64,000 nt of DNA from an uncultured delta proteobacterium (GTDB taxonomy: Bacteria; Myxococcota_A; Polyangia; Palsa-1104), in assembly GCA_963785725.1 (NCBI GenBank), contig CAWAWS010000003.1:288001-352000 (forward strand), read 5' to 3'. Each line of letters starts with the position of its first letter. Positions within the stretch are counted from its first letter, which is position 1. Both the position numbers and the translations under genes were made by a program. Shown one piece after another: positions 36,944 to 47,681 of the stretch. The notes beneath the pieces are model-generated. The model had not been told where the DNA came from and did not search any database. It saw only the letters and a list, made by a program, of their open reading frames with translations.

Positions 36944-38481
36944 CCGGCGCCGCCATCGCGGCGCAGCTGGCGCGCCTGGCCGGCGTGCGCCTCGACGAAG
37001 CGCGCGTGTTGGCCGATCATTTGGCGCGCGACCGCCGCCGGCGCATGGACGCGCGCGCCCGCCAAAGCGGCCTGTCCGCCGACGCGCTCGACGTCCTCGT
37101 CGCGCTCTACTTGGCGCTGGCCGGCGTCGGCTGCGCGGGCGTGGCGCTGTTCCTGCGCGCCGAGCCGGCCCGCGCGGCGCTGCTCTTGTACGCGATTCTC
37201 ATGCTGCTGGCGCTCGGGCTCAGCTTCTCCGAGCTGTTCGCCGTGCTGCTCGCCGACGAAGGCTTTCGCGTCGTCGCCTCGTGGCCGGTGCGGTCGCAGA
37301 GCTTCCTCTTGGCGCGACTGCGCGAGCCGGCGCGGCGCCTCGGCCAGGCGATGCTGCTCTTGGCCGTGCCGCCGGCGCTGGCGCTGGCGATCGGCAGCGG
37401 CATTCCGCTCGTCACCGGCGCCGTCTTTCTCGTCGTGGCGCTGGCCGGCGCCGTGGCCATGCTCTTCATCGTCGCCGCCATCTACAGCGCGCTCGTCGCG
37501 AGCCTGGGCGCGCGGCGCGCGCGCGTCATCGGCAGCGTGCTGCAGCTCGTCGGCCTGGTGGCGCCGCTCGGGTTGGGCGCGAGCGTCCGGCAGCTCCCGC
37601 TCGCGCGGCTCGACTTGGCGGCGGCACCGCGCGCCCTGCCGCTGACGTGGATGGCGGCGCTCGTGCAAGCCGCCGCCGGTCGGCTGCACGCCGCCGACGC
37701 GTGGATGATCGCGGCCGCGCTCGCCTGGCTGCTGCTGGCGCCGCTGGCGTCTTTCGCGTGGACGGCGCGCCAATACACGCGCGGCCTCATGACGGCGCGG
37801 CTGCAGCGCACGCGGCCGCCGTGGACGCCGCCGGTCGGCTGGGTGCTGGCGCTGCTGCGCCGCCCGGCCGATCGCATCGTCGTGACGCTGCTGGTGGCGC
37901 ACGCGCGGTTCGACTGGCGCTTTCGCGCGCAGCTGCTGGCGCTGCCGATCGGCCTCGGCGCCGTGCTGAGCGCGTATGCCGGCGGCCTCGCGGTGCGGCA
38001 GCTGTTCGCCGATCCGCTGCATGCGACGGGACTTTGGCAGCCGTCGATGCTGTTCATCGTCTTGGCGCTGCTGCAGCCGGCGCTGACGCTGCCGCTCTTG
38101 TCGGGCAGCGCCGAGCACGGCGCGGCGTGGATCTTGCGCGTGGGCGCGCTGCCGATGGACGCCTTTGCCGTCGCCGGTCGGCGCGTCGTGCGCGTGCTGT
38201 TCATCGCGCCGATGCTGCTGTTGACGACGCTCGGCTACGTCTGGGCGGGCGCGCCGCTACCGTCGATCGTCGTCCACGTGGCGACGATGGCGCTCTTGTC
38301 CGAAGCGGTGGCGCGCCTGGTCGCCGAGGCGTTCCCCTATCCGCCGTTTACACGACCGACGGACGACGACGAGCGCGCCAAGACGATGATGGCGACCGCG
38401 CTCCTCGCCTATGTCACCTGCGGGCTGACGGCGCTCGCCGTCGTCCATATCGTGTACGCCGTGGCCGCGCACTGGCTATGA
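36940..38481 (+). CDS. ABC transporter permease-like membrane protein
   Basis: About 12 TM segments; ATGA overlap with the ATPase gene. Confidence 0.8.
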   Translation: MTGAAIAAQLARLAGVRLDEARVLADHLARDRRRRMDARARQSGLSADALDVLVALYLALAGVGCAGVALFLRAEPARAALLLYAILMLLALGLSFSELFAVLLADEGFRVVASWPVRSQSFLLARLREPARRLGQAMLLLAVPPALALAIGSGIPLVTGAVFLVVALAGAVAMLFIVAAIYSALVASLGARRARVIGSVLQLVGLVAPLGLGASVRQLPLARLDLAAAPRALPLTWMAALVQAAAGRLHAADAWMIAAALAWLLLAPLASFAWTARQYTRGLMTARLQRTRPPWTPPVGWVLALLRRPADRIVVTLLVAHARFDWRFRAQLLALPIGLGAVLSAYAGGLAVRQLFADPLHATGLWQPSMLFIVLALLQPALTLPLLSGSAEHGAAWILRVGALPMDAFAVAGRRVVRVLFIAPMLLLTTLGYVWAGAPLPSIVVHVATMALLSEAVARLVAEAFPYPPFTRPTDDDERAKTMMATALLAYVTCGLTALAVVHIVYAVAAHWL

Positions 38482-38497
38482 ACGACGGTCGTCGCGC

Positions 38498-39322
38498 TCA
38501 GCCTTGAATGAACGCCAATATCTCTTTATTGACGATATCGGGATGCGTAGCCGGCATTCCATGCGGCAAGTCTTTGTAGACTTTAAACGTGCTGTTCTTC
38601 AGCAGCTTGGCCGACAGTGGACCGGCGTCCGCGAAGGGCACGATCTGATCGTCCTCGCTATGCATGACCAGCACCGGCACCGTGATCTTCTTCAGATCTT
38701 CCGTATGATCCGTCTCCGAGAAGACCTTGATACAATCGTAATGAGCCTTCGTCCCGCCCATCATTCCTTGTCGCCACCAATTGTCGATGATGCCTTGTGA
38801 TATTTTGGCGTTGGGGCGATTGAAGCCGTAAAATGGACCGGCCGCGACGTCTCTATAGAGTTGCGCCCGATTTGCCGCCAGCGCATTGCGATAACCGTCG
38901 AACACCTCCATCGGCGTGCCGCCCGGATTCTTCGCCGACTTCACCATGATGGGCGGAATCGCGCTAATGAGGACGGCCTTGGCCGCACGACCATTGGCGT
39001 GTTGCGCGACATAACGCGTGACCTCGCCGCCGCCCGTCGAATGGCCGATATGAATGGCGTTATTGAGCTTCAGCGCCGTCACCAGCTCGGCGGCGTCCGC
39101 GGCGTAGGTATCCATGTCATTGCCGGTATCGGTCTGCGTCGATCGACCGTGCCCGCGGCGATCGTGCGCGATGACGCGATAGCCGCGCGCCAGAAAGAAC
39201 AACATCTGATTGTCCCAGTCGTCGGCGCTGAGCGGCCAGCCGTGGTGAAAGACGATCGGCTGACCCTTACCCCAATCCTTATAAAAGATTTCGGTGCCGT
39301 CTTTCGTCGTGATCTTTCCCAT
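38498..39322 (-). CDS. cpo: Non-heme chloroperoxidase-type alpha/beta hydrolase
   Basis: [42 protein letters not shown]. Confidence 0.88.
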   Translation of the reverse strand: MGKITTKDGTEIFYKDWGKGQPIVFHHGWPLSADDWDNQMLFFLARGYRVIAHDRRGHGRSTQTDTGNDMDTYAADAAELVTALKLNNAIHIGHSTGGGEVTRYVAQHANGRAAKAVLISAIPPIMVKSAKNPGGTPMEVFDGYRNALAANRAQLYRDVAAGPFYGFNRPNAKISQGIIDNWWRQGMMGGTKAHYDCIKVFSETDHTEDLKKITVPVLVMHSEDDQIVPFADAGPLSAKLLKNSTFKVYKDLPHGMPATHPDIVNKEILAFIQG

Positions 39323-39487
39323 CAGTCGGCTCCTTTAGTTGATCTACCCGTGGCTATGAAATCGACCGCACGGACTGATATGCAGAGCGCCGGCAAAGAC
39401 AAGCCCTCGGCGACGCCGCGATTGTCGTGACGTCGCTGCGGCGACTGACGTATCCTCGGTAGACGAGGATTCTTGACGTCGCTCACC

Positions 39488-39811
39488 GTGCGCTTCGTGT
39501 GTGTCCTCCTCGCCCTCGCGGCCGCGCGCTCGGCTGACGCGGCATCGCCGGCGCTGGCGAGCGGCACGCTGCAGCTGGAGACGGCCGCCAACAGCGGCGC
39601 CACCGCCACCGTGTCGATGGCCGGCGGCACCATCGTCGTCACGTCGAGCGAGGTCATCAGCCTCGGCAGCGTGGCGGGCTGGACGGGCGACGGCACGACC
39701 ACCGTCAGCGGACCGGCCGACATCATGACCGCCGGCTTCGCCCTCGGCTTCGCCAGCCTCACCTTCGGCAGCGACTTCGCGACGCCGGGCGCTCACGCCG
39801 CTTTGCCGTAG
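39488..39811 (+). CDS. Secreted hypothetical protein (possibly a fragment)
   Basis: Signal-like N-terminus; high-GC3 codon bias. Confidence 0.45.
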   Translation: MRFVCVLLALAAARSADAASPALASGTLQLETAANSGATATVSMAGGTIVVTSSEVISLGSVAGWTGDGTTTVSGPADIMTAGFALGFASLTFGSDFATPGAHAALP

Positions 39812-39832
39812 CCGCGTAAGACGGAATGGCGG

Positions 39833-41404
39833 CTATTGCACTTCGTGCGCGCCGATATCGTACGCGGCGCCCTTCGGTCGGATCGTGAGGTCGACGTCAT
39901 GGCCCATGTTCGGCGTGCCCGGACTGGTGACCTTGTCGATGCAGCACGCGATATTGGCCGGGTCGTTCGCGATCAAATGGAAGTCGCTCGCGCTCACGAA
40001 CGTCGGCGGCGCCGCGCTCTCGGTGCCGCGGTTGTCGTCGCCGGCCGCGGTCACGACGTTGGTCAACGAGCACTGCGGGCCCAGCTGCGAGCCGCCGCTC
40101 GTCGTGTTCTTGTAGAAGATCGAGTCGACGATCGATTTGATCGCGCCCGATCCGCAATCGGCGCCGCCGACGCCGGCCACGACCGTGTTGCGCACGACCG
40201 TGTTGAAGGCGAACTGCAGCGTCGTCGCTTTGTCGATCGTGACGCCGCCGGTCGTGGCCGTGACGCTGCCGTTGCCGGCGATGATGCTGTTGGTGATCGT
40301 GGCGCTGTTGGTGCCGCTCAGGATGATGCCGCCGCCCAGGTTGCCGGCGGCCGCGCCCCACAGCCCGATGATGTCGGCGTCGGCGATCAAGGTGCACCCG
40401 TTGCTCAAGATGCCGACGTCGGAGCTGTCGTGAATGCCGGAATTGCGCACCGTCAACGTGGCATTGGCGACGGTGCTGGTGTTGTTGGTGCACACGACGC
40501 CGCGCAGCGACTTGTTGTTCACGTCGCCGGCCAGCTCCAGCCCGTCGAGGATGACGGTATGTGCGCCGGTGGTGGCGTTCATCGTGACGGAGACGGCGGC
40601 GTTGCTGTAGAGCCGCGCCACCGCCGTCGACGTCGCCGATTTTCCCGGGCCGACGATGGTGATGGTCTGATCGTTGAGCGTGATGGCGCCGTAAGGCTGG
40701 CTGCTGCCTTTGACGAGCGCGAACGGTTTGCCGGACGAGACCGCTTCGCTCACGTCGCAGTAAGGGTTCGCCGTGGAGCCGTCGCGCGTGGTGCGCGCCG
40801 CGTCGCAGGCGGCGACGGTCATGTTGCCGTTGTCGACGACGGAGACTTGGCCGACGTTCGCGCACGTGCCCGCGCTCGTGCCGTCGAGGATGCAGACGCC
40901 GGACGTGCACTCGGCGTGCGCCTGACACGCGCGGCACGAGCCATCGATGTTGCAAATCGGGCTCATGGCCATCGTGCAGTCGTTCGACTGCGTCGCCGGC
41001 GACGTGGGAACGCAGGCGACGCACTGGCCGGCGTTCGTATCGCCGCTCGGCATGCAGCGCGGCGTCGCCGCCGAACGATTGGCGCAGGCGGCGTCGTCGC
41101 CGCTCATGCAGGCGCGGCAGCTGCCGTTGCTGCCGCAGATCGGCGCGGCGGCCTGGCAGTCCTTTGCCGCCGTGGCGGACGTGCACATGGCCATCGGCAT
41201 GTCGGGGCTGCCGTCGCCGTTGCCGCCACCGCTCATGTCGTCAGCCGTAGACCTGCAAGCGTGGAACGGGACGTCGCAGAGGAACGGTGCCGTCGTGCAA
41301 TCGGAATTCTGGGTGCACCAAGCGCCTTTGATGTGGACGTCGGTGCATGCCACCAGGGCAACCCAAGCCAAAGTCGCACCCACGAGTCGAAGGCTCCGCA
41401 GCAT
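39833..41404 (-). CDS. Cys-rich lipoprotein with right-handed beta-helix-like domain
   Basis: LVAC lipobox; tandem Cys-rich repeats; ITNSIIAGN/FNTVVRN strands; C-terminal YDIGAHE. Confidence 0.8.
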   Translation of the reverse strand: MLRSLRLVGATLAWVALVACTDVHIKGAWCTQNSDCTTAPFLCDVPFHACRSTADDMSGGGNGDGSPDMPMAMCTSATAAKDCQAAAPICGSNGSCRACMSGDDAACANRSAATPRCMPSGDTNAGQCVACVPTSPATQSNDCTMAMSPICNIDGSCRACQAHAECTSGVCILDGTSAGTCANVGQVSVVDNGNMTVAACDAARTTRDGSTANPYCDVSEAVSSGKPFALVKGSSQPYGAITLNDQTITIVGPGKSATSTAVARLYSNAAVSVTMNATTGAHTVILDGLELAGDVNNKSLRGVVCTNNTSTVANATLTVRNSGIHDSSDVGILSNGCTLIADADIIGLWGAAAGNLGGGIILSGTNSATITNSIIAGNGSVTATTGGVTIDKATTLQFAFNTVVRNTVVAGVGGADCGSGAIKSIVDSIFYKNTTSGGSQLGPQCSLTNVVTAAGDDNRGTESAAPPTFVSASDFHLIANDPANIACCIDKVTSPGTPNMGHDVDLTIRPKGAAYDIGAHEVQ

Positions 41405-41746
41405 GGCCCCTACTCTAGATCATCTAGCTCGCGATGGTCCAAATCCCGCGTCGGAAGCGGCGCGCGGGCGACGAAGCGGCACGATTCTCGCCCGCGTTGC
41501 CGCCGACAGGTGCAACCGGCGCTCTTTTCCAGCATGACGGTAGCCCCGCGGCCCTTCGCGCGCGCGGCTCGTGCGCCGCGCGGACCCTTCTCGCCTGCCG
41601 TTTTCGGCTTACGGTGTCGGCCGCAGGCGAGTCGGCGCCGATTCCTCACGCAGCCGTCGGCCGCGCCGCGACACACTTTCACGTGTCGGATTGCATCGCC
41701 GGAGCAGCCCACACGGTTCGATAGCCGGTCAGAAAGGACAATCGCG

Positions 41747-43471
41747 ATGGCCAAGAGAGTGGCGGACGTGCTCGTCGAGACGCTCGTGCAGGCGGGCGTC
41801 AAGCGCATCTACGGTGTGGCCGGCGACTCGCTCAACGGCATCACCGAGTCGATCCGCGAACGCCGCGACATCGAGTGGATTCACGTGCGCCATGAGGAGG
41901 TGGCCGCGTTCGCCGCCGGCGCCGAAGCGCACTTGACCGGCGATCTGGTCGTCTGCGCCGGCAGCTGCGGCCCCGGCAACTTGCACCTCATCAACGGGCT
42001 CTACGACTGTCAACGTAGCCGCGTTCCCGTCCTGGCGATCGCGGCGCAGATTCCCAGCCACGAGATCGGCAGCAGCTACTTTCAGGAGACCAAGCCGGAG
42101 CAGCTGTTCGCGGGCTGCAGCCATTACTGCGAGCTCGTGTCGCAGCCGGAGCAGATGCCGCGCGTGCTCGCCATCGCCATGCGCACGGCCATCGTCAAGC
42201 GCGGCGTGGCCGTCGTCGTCTTGCCCGGCGACGTCGCGCTGCGCGCCTGCGCCGATTCGGCGATCGCGCTCGGGCTCGACGCCGCGCCGGCGCGGGTCCG
42301 TCCGTCCGACGACGGGCTCGCGCGCGCCGCCGCCATCCTCAACCAGGCGCGCAAGGTGACCATCCTCGGCGGCGCCGGCTGCGCGGGCTCGCACGACGAG
42401 CTGATGGCCGTCGCCGCGCGGCTCAAAGCGCCGATCGTTCACGCGATGCGCGGCAAGGAATTCATCGAGCACGACAACCCGTATGACGTGGGCATGACGG
42501 GGCTGCTCGGCTTCTCGTCGGGCTATCACGCCATGATGAGCTGCGAGGCGCTGCTCCTCCTCGGCACCGATTTTCCCTATACGCAGTTCTATCCCAAGGA
42601 CGCGCAGATCATCCAAGTCGACCTGCGCGGCGAGCAGATCGGGCGGCGCACGCCGGTGCAGCTCGGGCTCGTGGGCAGCGTGCGCGACACGCTGCAGGCG
42701 CTGGCGCCGCTGCTGGCGGACAAAGTCGACCACAGCCATCTCGACAGCTGCGTCAAACATTATGCGCACGCGCGCCGGCAGCTCGACGACCTCGCCGTCG
42801 GCACGCCGGGCGAGACGCCGCTGCATCCGCAATACGTCGCCAAAGTGCTCGATCAGCTGGCCGCGGACGACGCCATCTTCAGCTGCGACGTCGGCACGCC
42901 GACGATATGGGCGGCGCGCTACCTGCGCATGAACGGCAAGCGGCGACTGCTCGGCTCGTTCACGCACGGCTCGATGGCCAACGCGCTGCCGCAAGCCATC
43001 GGCGCGCAGGCGACGTACCGCAATCGGCAGGTGATTACGCTGTCGGGCGACGGCGGCGTCGCCATGCTGCTCGGCGATCTGCTGACGCTGCGCCAGCATC
43101 GGCTGCCGGTCAAGCTCGTGGTCTTCAACAATGGCGCGCTCGGCTTCGTCGAGCTGGAGATGAAGGCGACCGGTTTCGTCTCGTTCGCCACCGAGCTGGT
43201 CAATCCCGACTTCGCCAAGCTCGCCGAATCCGCGTCGCTGCTCGGCCTCTCCGTCACGCGCGCCGAGGAGCTGCGGCCGGCATTGACGCGCGCGTTGGCG
43301 CACGACGGGCCGGCGCTCGTCGACGTCGCCGTCCATCGCCAAGAGCTGTCGATGCCGCCCACGATCAGCGTCGAGCAGGTGCGCGGCTTCGGGCTCTATG
43401 TGCTGCGCGCCGTGCTCAGCGGTCGCGGCGACGAGCTCGTCGACCTGGCGAAGACGAACCTCTTCCGCTGA
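41747..43471 (+). CDS. poxB: Pyruvate dehydrogenase (quinone)/pyruvate oxidase
   Basis: GVAGDSLNG, RHEEVAAFAA, GSCGPGNLHLINGL, HGSMANALP, SGDGG..NN; 574 aa. Confidence 0.95.
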   Translation: MAKRVADVLVETLVQAGVKRIYGVAGDSLNGITESIRERRDIEWIHVRHEEVAAFAAGAEAHLTGDLVVCAGSCGPGNLHLINGLYDCQRSRVPVLAIAAQIPSHEIGSSYFQETKPEQLFAGCSHYCELVSQPEQMPRVLAIAMRTAIVKRGVAVVVLPGDVALRACADSAIALGLDAAPARVRPSDDGLARAAAILNQARKVTILGGAGCAGSHDELMAVAARLKAPIVHAMRGKEFIEHDNPYDVGMTGLLGFSSGYHAMMSCEALLLLGTDFPYTQFYPKDAQIIQVDLRGEQIGRRTPVQLGLVGSVRDTLQALAPLLADKVDHSHLDSCVKHYAHARRQLDDLAVGTPGETPLHPQYVAKVLDQLAADDAIFSCDVGTPTIWAARYLRMNGKRRLLGSFTHGSMANALPQAIGAQATYRNRQVITLSGDGGVAMLLGDLLTLRQHRLPVKLVVFNNGALGFVELEMKATGFVSFATELVNPDFAKLAESASLLGLSVTRAEELRPALTRALAHDGPALVDVAVHRQELSMPPTISVEQVRGFGLYVLRAVLSGRGDELVDLAKTNLFR

Positions 43472-43486
43472 GCGGCCGCGCCAGTC

Positions 43487-43693
43487 CTACTTTGCCGGCT
43501 TGGCCTTCTTGCACGGCGGCGCGGGGCCGTTGCCGTCCCAGCCGTCGTCGCAGACACAGCGCTTGACCGTGCCGCCTTCATCGTCGTTCTTCTCTACGGC
43601 TTCATGCTGATGGGCGCCGCACTTCGTCTGCCCGGCGCGTGCCGTCGGCATGCCGAGACACAAGAGGCCGAGCGCGATGATCGTCTGTCGCAT
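43487..43693 (-). CDS. Small secreted EGF-like Cys-rich protein
   Basis: Signal peptide; C..CVCDDGWDGNG..C; extended -10 element 6 nt upstream. Confidence 0.7.
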   Translation of the reverse strand: MRQTIIALGLLCLGMPTARAGQTKCGAHQHEAVEKNDDEGGTVKRCVCDDGWDGNGPAPPCKKAKPAK

Positions 43694-43940
43694 GCGCGCA
43701 GCCTAACACGATCGCGAAACAGCAACTTTGCTCAGATTGGCCCGACAAATTTCTCGCTCTGCTCAATAGGCGACTTCATTACGGAAGCTAGCTTTCGCTA
43801 TTAAAGACGTTGACTGAATGTCGCGGCACGTTAATTAGTATTAGCGGCTTTGTACGCTGACCGTTTCGGAAGGCCAACGGAGCAAACGTACGCAAACCAC
43901 GGTACTCCGCTGTCGGGCGAGCGCCGTGCCAAGGGGCGTG

Positions 43941-45395
43941 ATGTCTCAAATCCTCCTCATCGACGATGACGTCGCCCTCGTTCCCGAACAAGTGCGCGAA
44001 ACATTTGCAGGGCCCGATTATCGCGTCGAATGCGCGGTCAGCGGCGCCGCGGGGATCGAGCTCGTTCGCCGGCAGCCGCCCGATGTCATCCTGCTCGACT
44101 TACGGCTGCCCGATCAATCGGGGCTGCAGGTTTACGAACAGATCCGGCGCATCGACGCGCGCATCCCGGTCATCTTCGTGACGATGGCCAAGAACGCCGA
44201 CTCGGCGATCGAGGCGATGAAACACGGCGCGTTCAACTACCTATATAAACCGTTGGACCTGCGGCAGCTTCGCCGCGTCGTCGGGGAAGCGCTCGAGGTC
44301 GCGCGTCGCGCGCGCTCGCCGATCGCGCTGGCGGCGCAGACGTCCGACAGCGACGTCGACGAAGCCATCTACGGCGATTGCCCGGCCATGCTGGAAGTCT
44401 ACAAGGCCATTGGCCGAGTGGCCGCGCAGAATGTAACCGTGTTGATTACCGGTGAGAGCGGTACCGGCAAAGAGCAGGTCGCGCGTTCGATCTATCAACA
44501 TAGCAAGCGCGCCAAAGCGCCGTTTCTCGCGCTCAACTGCGCCGCCATTCCCGAGAACCTGCTGGAGAGCGAGCTCTTTGGCCACGAAAAGGGCGCGTTT
44601 TCCGGCGCCGAGCGGCGGCGCATCGGCAAGTTCGAGCAGTGCCGCGGCGGCACGATCCTGCTCGACGAGATCGGCGATATGCCGCTCGTGTTGCAGGCCA
44701 AGATCCTGCGACTGATGCAGGAGCAGGCGTTCGAGCGCGTCGGCGGCAACGAGACCATTCGCACCGACGTCCGCATCATCGCCGCGACCCATCGCGACTT
44801 ACGGGCGCGCTCGTTCGAGGACAAGTTCCGGGCCGACCTCTATTTCCGCCTCGGCGTCTTCACGATTCACCTGCCGCCGCTGCGCGAGCGCGGCGACGAT
44901 CTGCCGATGCTGGCCAAGCATTTCGTGCGCATTTTCAGCCGCGCCTTGGGCCGCGAGATCCGCGAGATCGCGCCCGAGGCGATGGATCGGCTGCGCGAAT
45001 ATGCGTGGCCGGGCAACGTGCGCGAGCTGCAGAGCGTGCTCAAGCAGGCGCTGTTGAACGCCAGCGGCCATACGCTGTTGCCCGCATTCTTGCCCGAGCT
45101 CGGTAAGCCTACGGAAGAGACGGCGCTGCCCGTGCCGCGCGAGAACATCGGCCTGGAAGCGTTCATACGCCAACGGCTCTCGCCCGAAGCGACCGAGCTC
45201 TACGGCGCGACCCATAGCCACGTCGACAAGCTGCTGCTCAGCCTCGTGCTCGAGTGCACCCACGGGAACTTCCGTCAGGCGGCGCGAATCTTGGGGATTT
45301 CGCGGCAGACGCTGCGGGTCAAGCTGCGCGCGCTCGGGCTGCAGATCACGCATTCGGTCGAGCCCGAGGACGACTCCGAATCACCCAACGTCTAA
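43941..45395 (+). CDS. Sigma54-dependent response regulator (NtrC family)
   Basis: Receiver, [31 protein letters not shown]. Confidence 0.93.
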   Translation: MSQILLIDDDVALVPEQVRETFAGPDYRVECAVSGAAGIELVRRQPPDVILLDLRLPDQSGLQVYEQIRRIDARIPVIFVTMAKNADSAIEAMKHGAFNYLYKPLDLRQLRRVVGEALEVARRARSPIALAAQTSDSDVDEAIYGDCPAMLEVYKAIGRVAAQNVTVLITGESGTGKEQVARSIYQHSKRAKAPFLALNCAAIPENLLESELFGHEKGAFSGAERRRIGKFEQCRGGTILLDEIGDMPLVLQAKILRLMQEQAFERVGGNETIRTDVRIIAATHRDLRARSFEDKFRADLYFRLGVFTIHLPPLRERGDDLPMLAKHFVRIFSRALGREIREIAPEAMDRLREYAWPGNVRELQSVLKQALLNASGHTLLPAFLPELGKPTEETALPVPRENIGLEAFIRQRLSPEATELYGATHSHVDKLLLSLVLECTHGNFRQAARILGISRQTLRVKLRALGLQITHSVEPEDDSESPNV

Positions 45396-45561
45396 GCCGA
45401 GCGCTAAGGGGTTGGACTGCCGCTTATAGTCCAATCGCGGCGCGCAATCATTCGAACCAGTATGACCTTCAGACTTCCCTGATCGGTCTCAGACTCTATG
45501 GCGGAATTTCAGACACCCTTAAGCGGGAGCGCTTGTCGTAAGCTTCAGTCGTCCGCTCGTC

Positions 45562-45732
45562 TCACTTTGGAGACATCGGCCAGCAGCGCGCGGTGCGCGC
45601 GTGGGCATTGATCGGGGCGACCGGGCTCCGCGCGTGCGCCTTGGGCTTCACGCTGCCCACGGCGAGGACGAGCCACAGCGCGCGCGTCAGTTGGACGCAC
45701 AAGGACGGTCTGCGATGCGTGGAGGTGGCCAT
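45562..45732 (-). CDS. Possible small protein (56 aa)
   Basis: Strong AAGGAGG RBS before MATSTHRR; one hydrophobic stretch. Confidence 0.35.
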   Translation of the reverse strand: MATSTHRRPSLCVQLTRALWLVLAVGSVKPKAHARSPVAPINAHARTARCWPMSPK

Positions 45733-45799
45733 GATTGTCCTCCTTCGGACTAAGAAAAAGCCGAACGGCGCAATCGATGTCACGGTGTGGCCGAGTCGG

Positions 45800-46486
45800 C
45801 TAACGGCAGGTGAAAGGAATGCGGAACGCGATCGTCGTGCCCTCCTGATCGGCGTCTTCGACCCAGATGCGGCCGTGGTGCGCCTCGACGATGCGCCGAG
45901 CCACGAACAGGCCGAGCCCATGGCCGCGCCGCTCGCCTGGAATTTGCCAGCGTGGCTCGAAGACGAGGTGACGATACTCGGGCGCGATGCCCGGTCCGGC
46001 GTCGGTCACGCTAAAGCCCACTTCGTCGTTGAAGATGCCAATTCGCACCAAGACGGCCGCATCGCTCGGCGAGAATTTGACGGCATTTCCAATGACGTTA
46101 TTGAGCGCCTGCGTAAGGCGGACGTAATCGCAATAGACTCGAATGTTCTCGCTCGACGCAATGAAAGACATGATGAGGCGTCGCCCGGCGCAGGTGTCGC
46201 GGAAGGATTCGACCACCTCGCGGACCAACGAGCACAGCTCGTGCTCGGCGAAGGACATCTGAAAGCGCCCCTGGCAGATCTGGTCGGCGTCGAGCAGATC
46301 GTGGGCCAGTACGCGCAGCGCTTCGACCGCATGCCCCATCGAGGTGACGCGCTTGAGCTCCAGCCGATCGGCGAGCTGGGTCCGCAGAGCCCCCAAGTGA
46401 AGCGACAACAGTTGCAATGGCCCTCCCATCTCGTGTGCCACCACGGTCAGCGCTTCGTGCTCGATTTCGTTGCTTTGCGGCTGCAT
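45800..46486 (-). CDS. Sensor-less histidine kinase core
   Basis: AHEMGGPL, NVIGNAVKF, DAGPG, GHGLGL; AAGGAG RBS; no input domain. Confidence 0.8.
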   Translation of the reverse strand: MQPQSNEIEHEALTVVAHEMGGPLQLLSLHLGALRTQLADRLELKRVTSMGHAVEALRVLAHDLLDADQICQGRFQMSFAEHELCSLVREVVESFRDTCAGRRLIMSFIASSENIRVYCDYVRLTQALNNVIGNAVKFSPSDAAVLVRIGIFNDEVGFSVTDAGPGIAPEYRHLVFEPRWQIPGERRGHGLGLFVARRIVEAHHGRIWVEDADQEGTTIAFRIPFTCR

Positions 46487-46784
46487 TCGAGTTTCTCCTT
46501 TTCCTGATACAAGCGATTCATCCGTCGGGCTGCTCTCCTCGTCGTCGGTCGCATTCACTGCAATGCCCGCTTCGCTCGGGTGCAGTCGACGTGCCGCAAA
46601 AGACGAGCTCGAAATCGAATACACAGCTCGCGCCTCGCCACCGAAATCAGTCGAGAATTCGCCATTTCTTGCCGCCCTCTCGGCACTGACTTCACTCGCG
46701 GCCACGTGGGTCGACTGACATTTCGCGTGACTAAGAAATTGACCGAGTGAACGCGCATGGACCGAATGACGAACGAAATGGCCG

Positions 46785-47681
46785 TCATTCGGGAATACGC
46801 GACGTAATCCATTCCGCGATATCGCTCGTTACTCGTTCCTTACCGAGGTCATTGAGCAAGTCGTGATAATGGCCCTGGTATAGATTGAGTGTCCGATCGA
46901 TCGATCCAGTTTCCTCATAAAAGTGCCGACTGCCTTCCAGCTTCGCGACGTGGTCGTCCGTTCCGTGCAAGACGAGCAGCGGCAGGTAGATTCGTGAAAA
47001 ATTCTCCGCGAGCACACGATCGGCGCGCATCAGCTCCGCTAGCAGCTGTACGGTGCCCGGCGTATGTGCGACCAGCGGATCGCGCTGCATGCGCGCCACG
47101 AAAGCGGCGTCGCGCGAGAAGTCTTCGTCCCTCACGCTCGACAGCTGCGCGTGCGGCGCCAAGTGGCTCACGCCGCGCGGGGGCACGAGCGCCATGTCGG
47201 GCGGCGTCCGCTCGAACGACAAGCCTTCACTGATGAGGCCGGCCAGCTCGCGCTGATGGTCGAGCGCGTACAGACAGGCGACGACCCCGCCGGCGCCGTG
47301 GCCGAGCATGAAGAGCGGCACGGCCCGCTCGCGCGCCCGCGCCCGCGCCACGAACACTTCCAGGTCTCTGACATAGTCGTCGAACTGGTCGACGTGATAG
47401 CGCGCGCCCTGCGAGAGGCCGTGCCCTCGTAAGTCGTGCGCGTACACCGCCAAGCCGCGCTGGACCAGCTGCTGCGCCGGCCAGTCGTAGAGCCCGCTGT
47501 GCGACTTGAAGCCGTGCACGAGCACGACGATCCCGCGCGCCACGGTCGTCGGCCGCCACGAGCGCGCGAAGAGCTCGATGCCGTCGCTGCCCGCGAACGT
47601 CTCGTTCGTAATCTCGATCTCCGGCGCGTCCGGCGCCTGCCGGCTCTCCGCGATGCCAGCGAAAAGATCCGGGAACATCAC
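46785..47681 (-). CDS. Lysophospholipase/monoglyceride-lipase-like alpha/beta hydrolase (nucleophile Ser absent)
   Basis: VHGFKSHSG, DLRGHGLS, GHGAGG, HGTDD, YHDL. Confidence 0.85.
   Translation of the reverse strand: MMFPDLFAGIAESRQAPDAPEIEITNETFAGSDGIELFARSWRPTTVARGIVVLVHGFKSHSGLYDWPAQQLVQRGLAVYAHDLRGHGLSQGARYHVDQFDDYVRDLEVFVARARARERAVPLFMLGHGAGGVVACLYALDHQRELAGLISEGLSFERTPPDMALVPPRGVSHLAPHAQLSSVRDEDFSRDAAFVARMQRDPLVAHTPGTVQLLAELMRADRVLAENFSRIYLPLLVLHGTDDHVAKLEGSRHFYEETGSIDRTLNLYQGHYHDLLNDLGKERVTSDIAEWITSRIPE

Noticed and set aside
39836..41746. 1211-aa ORF as a giant PoxB fusion
   Set aside because: The upstream part is the antisense frame of the Cys-rich lipoprotein; PoxB starts at 41747 after its own AAGGA RBS
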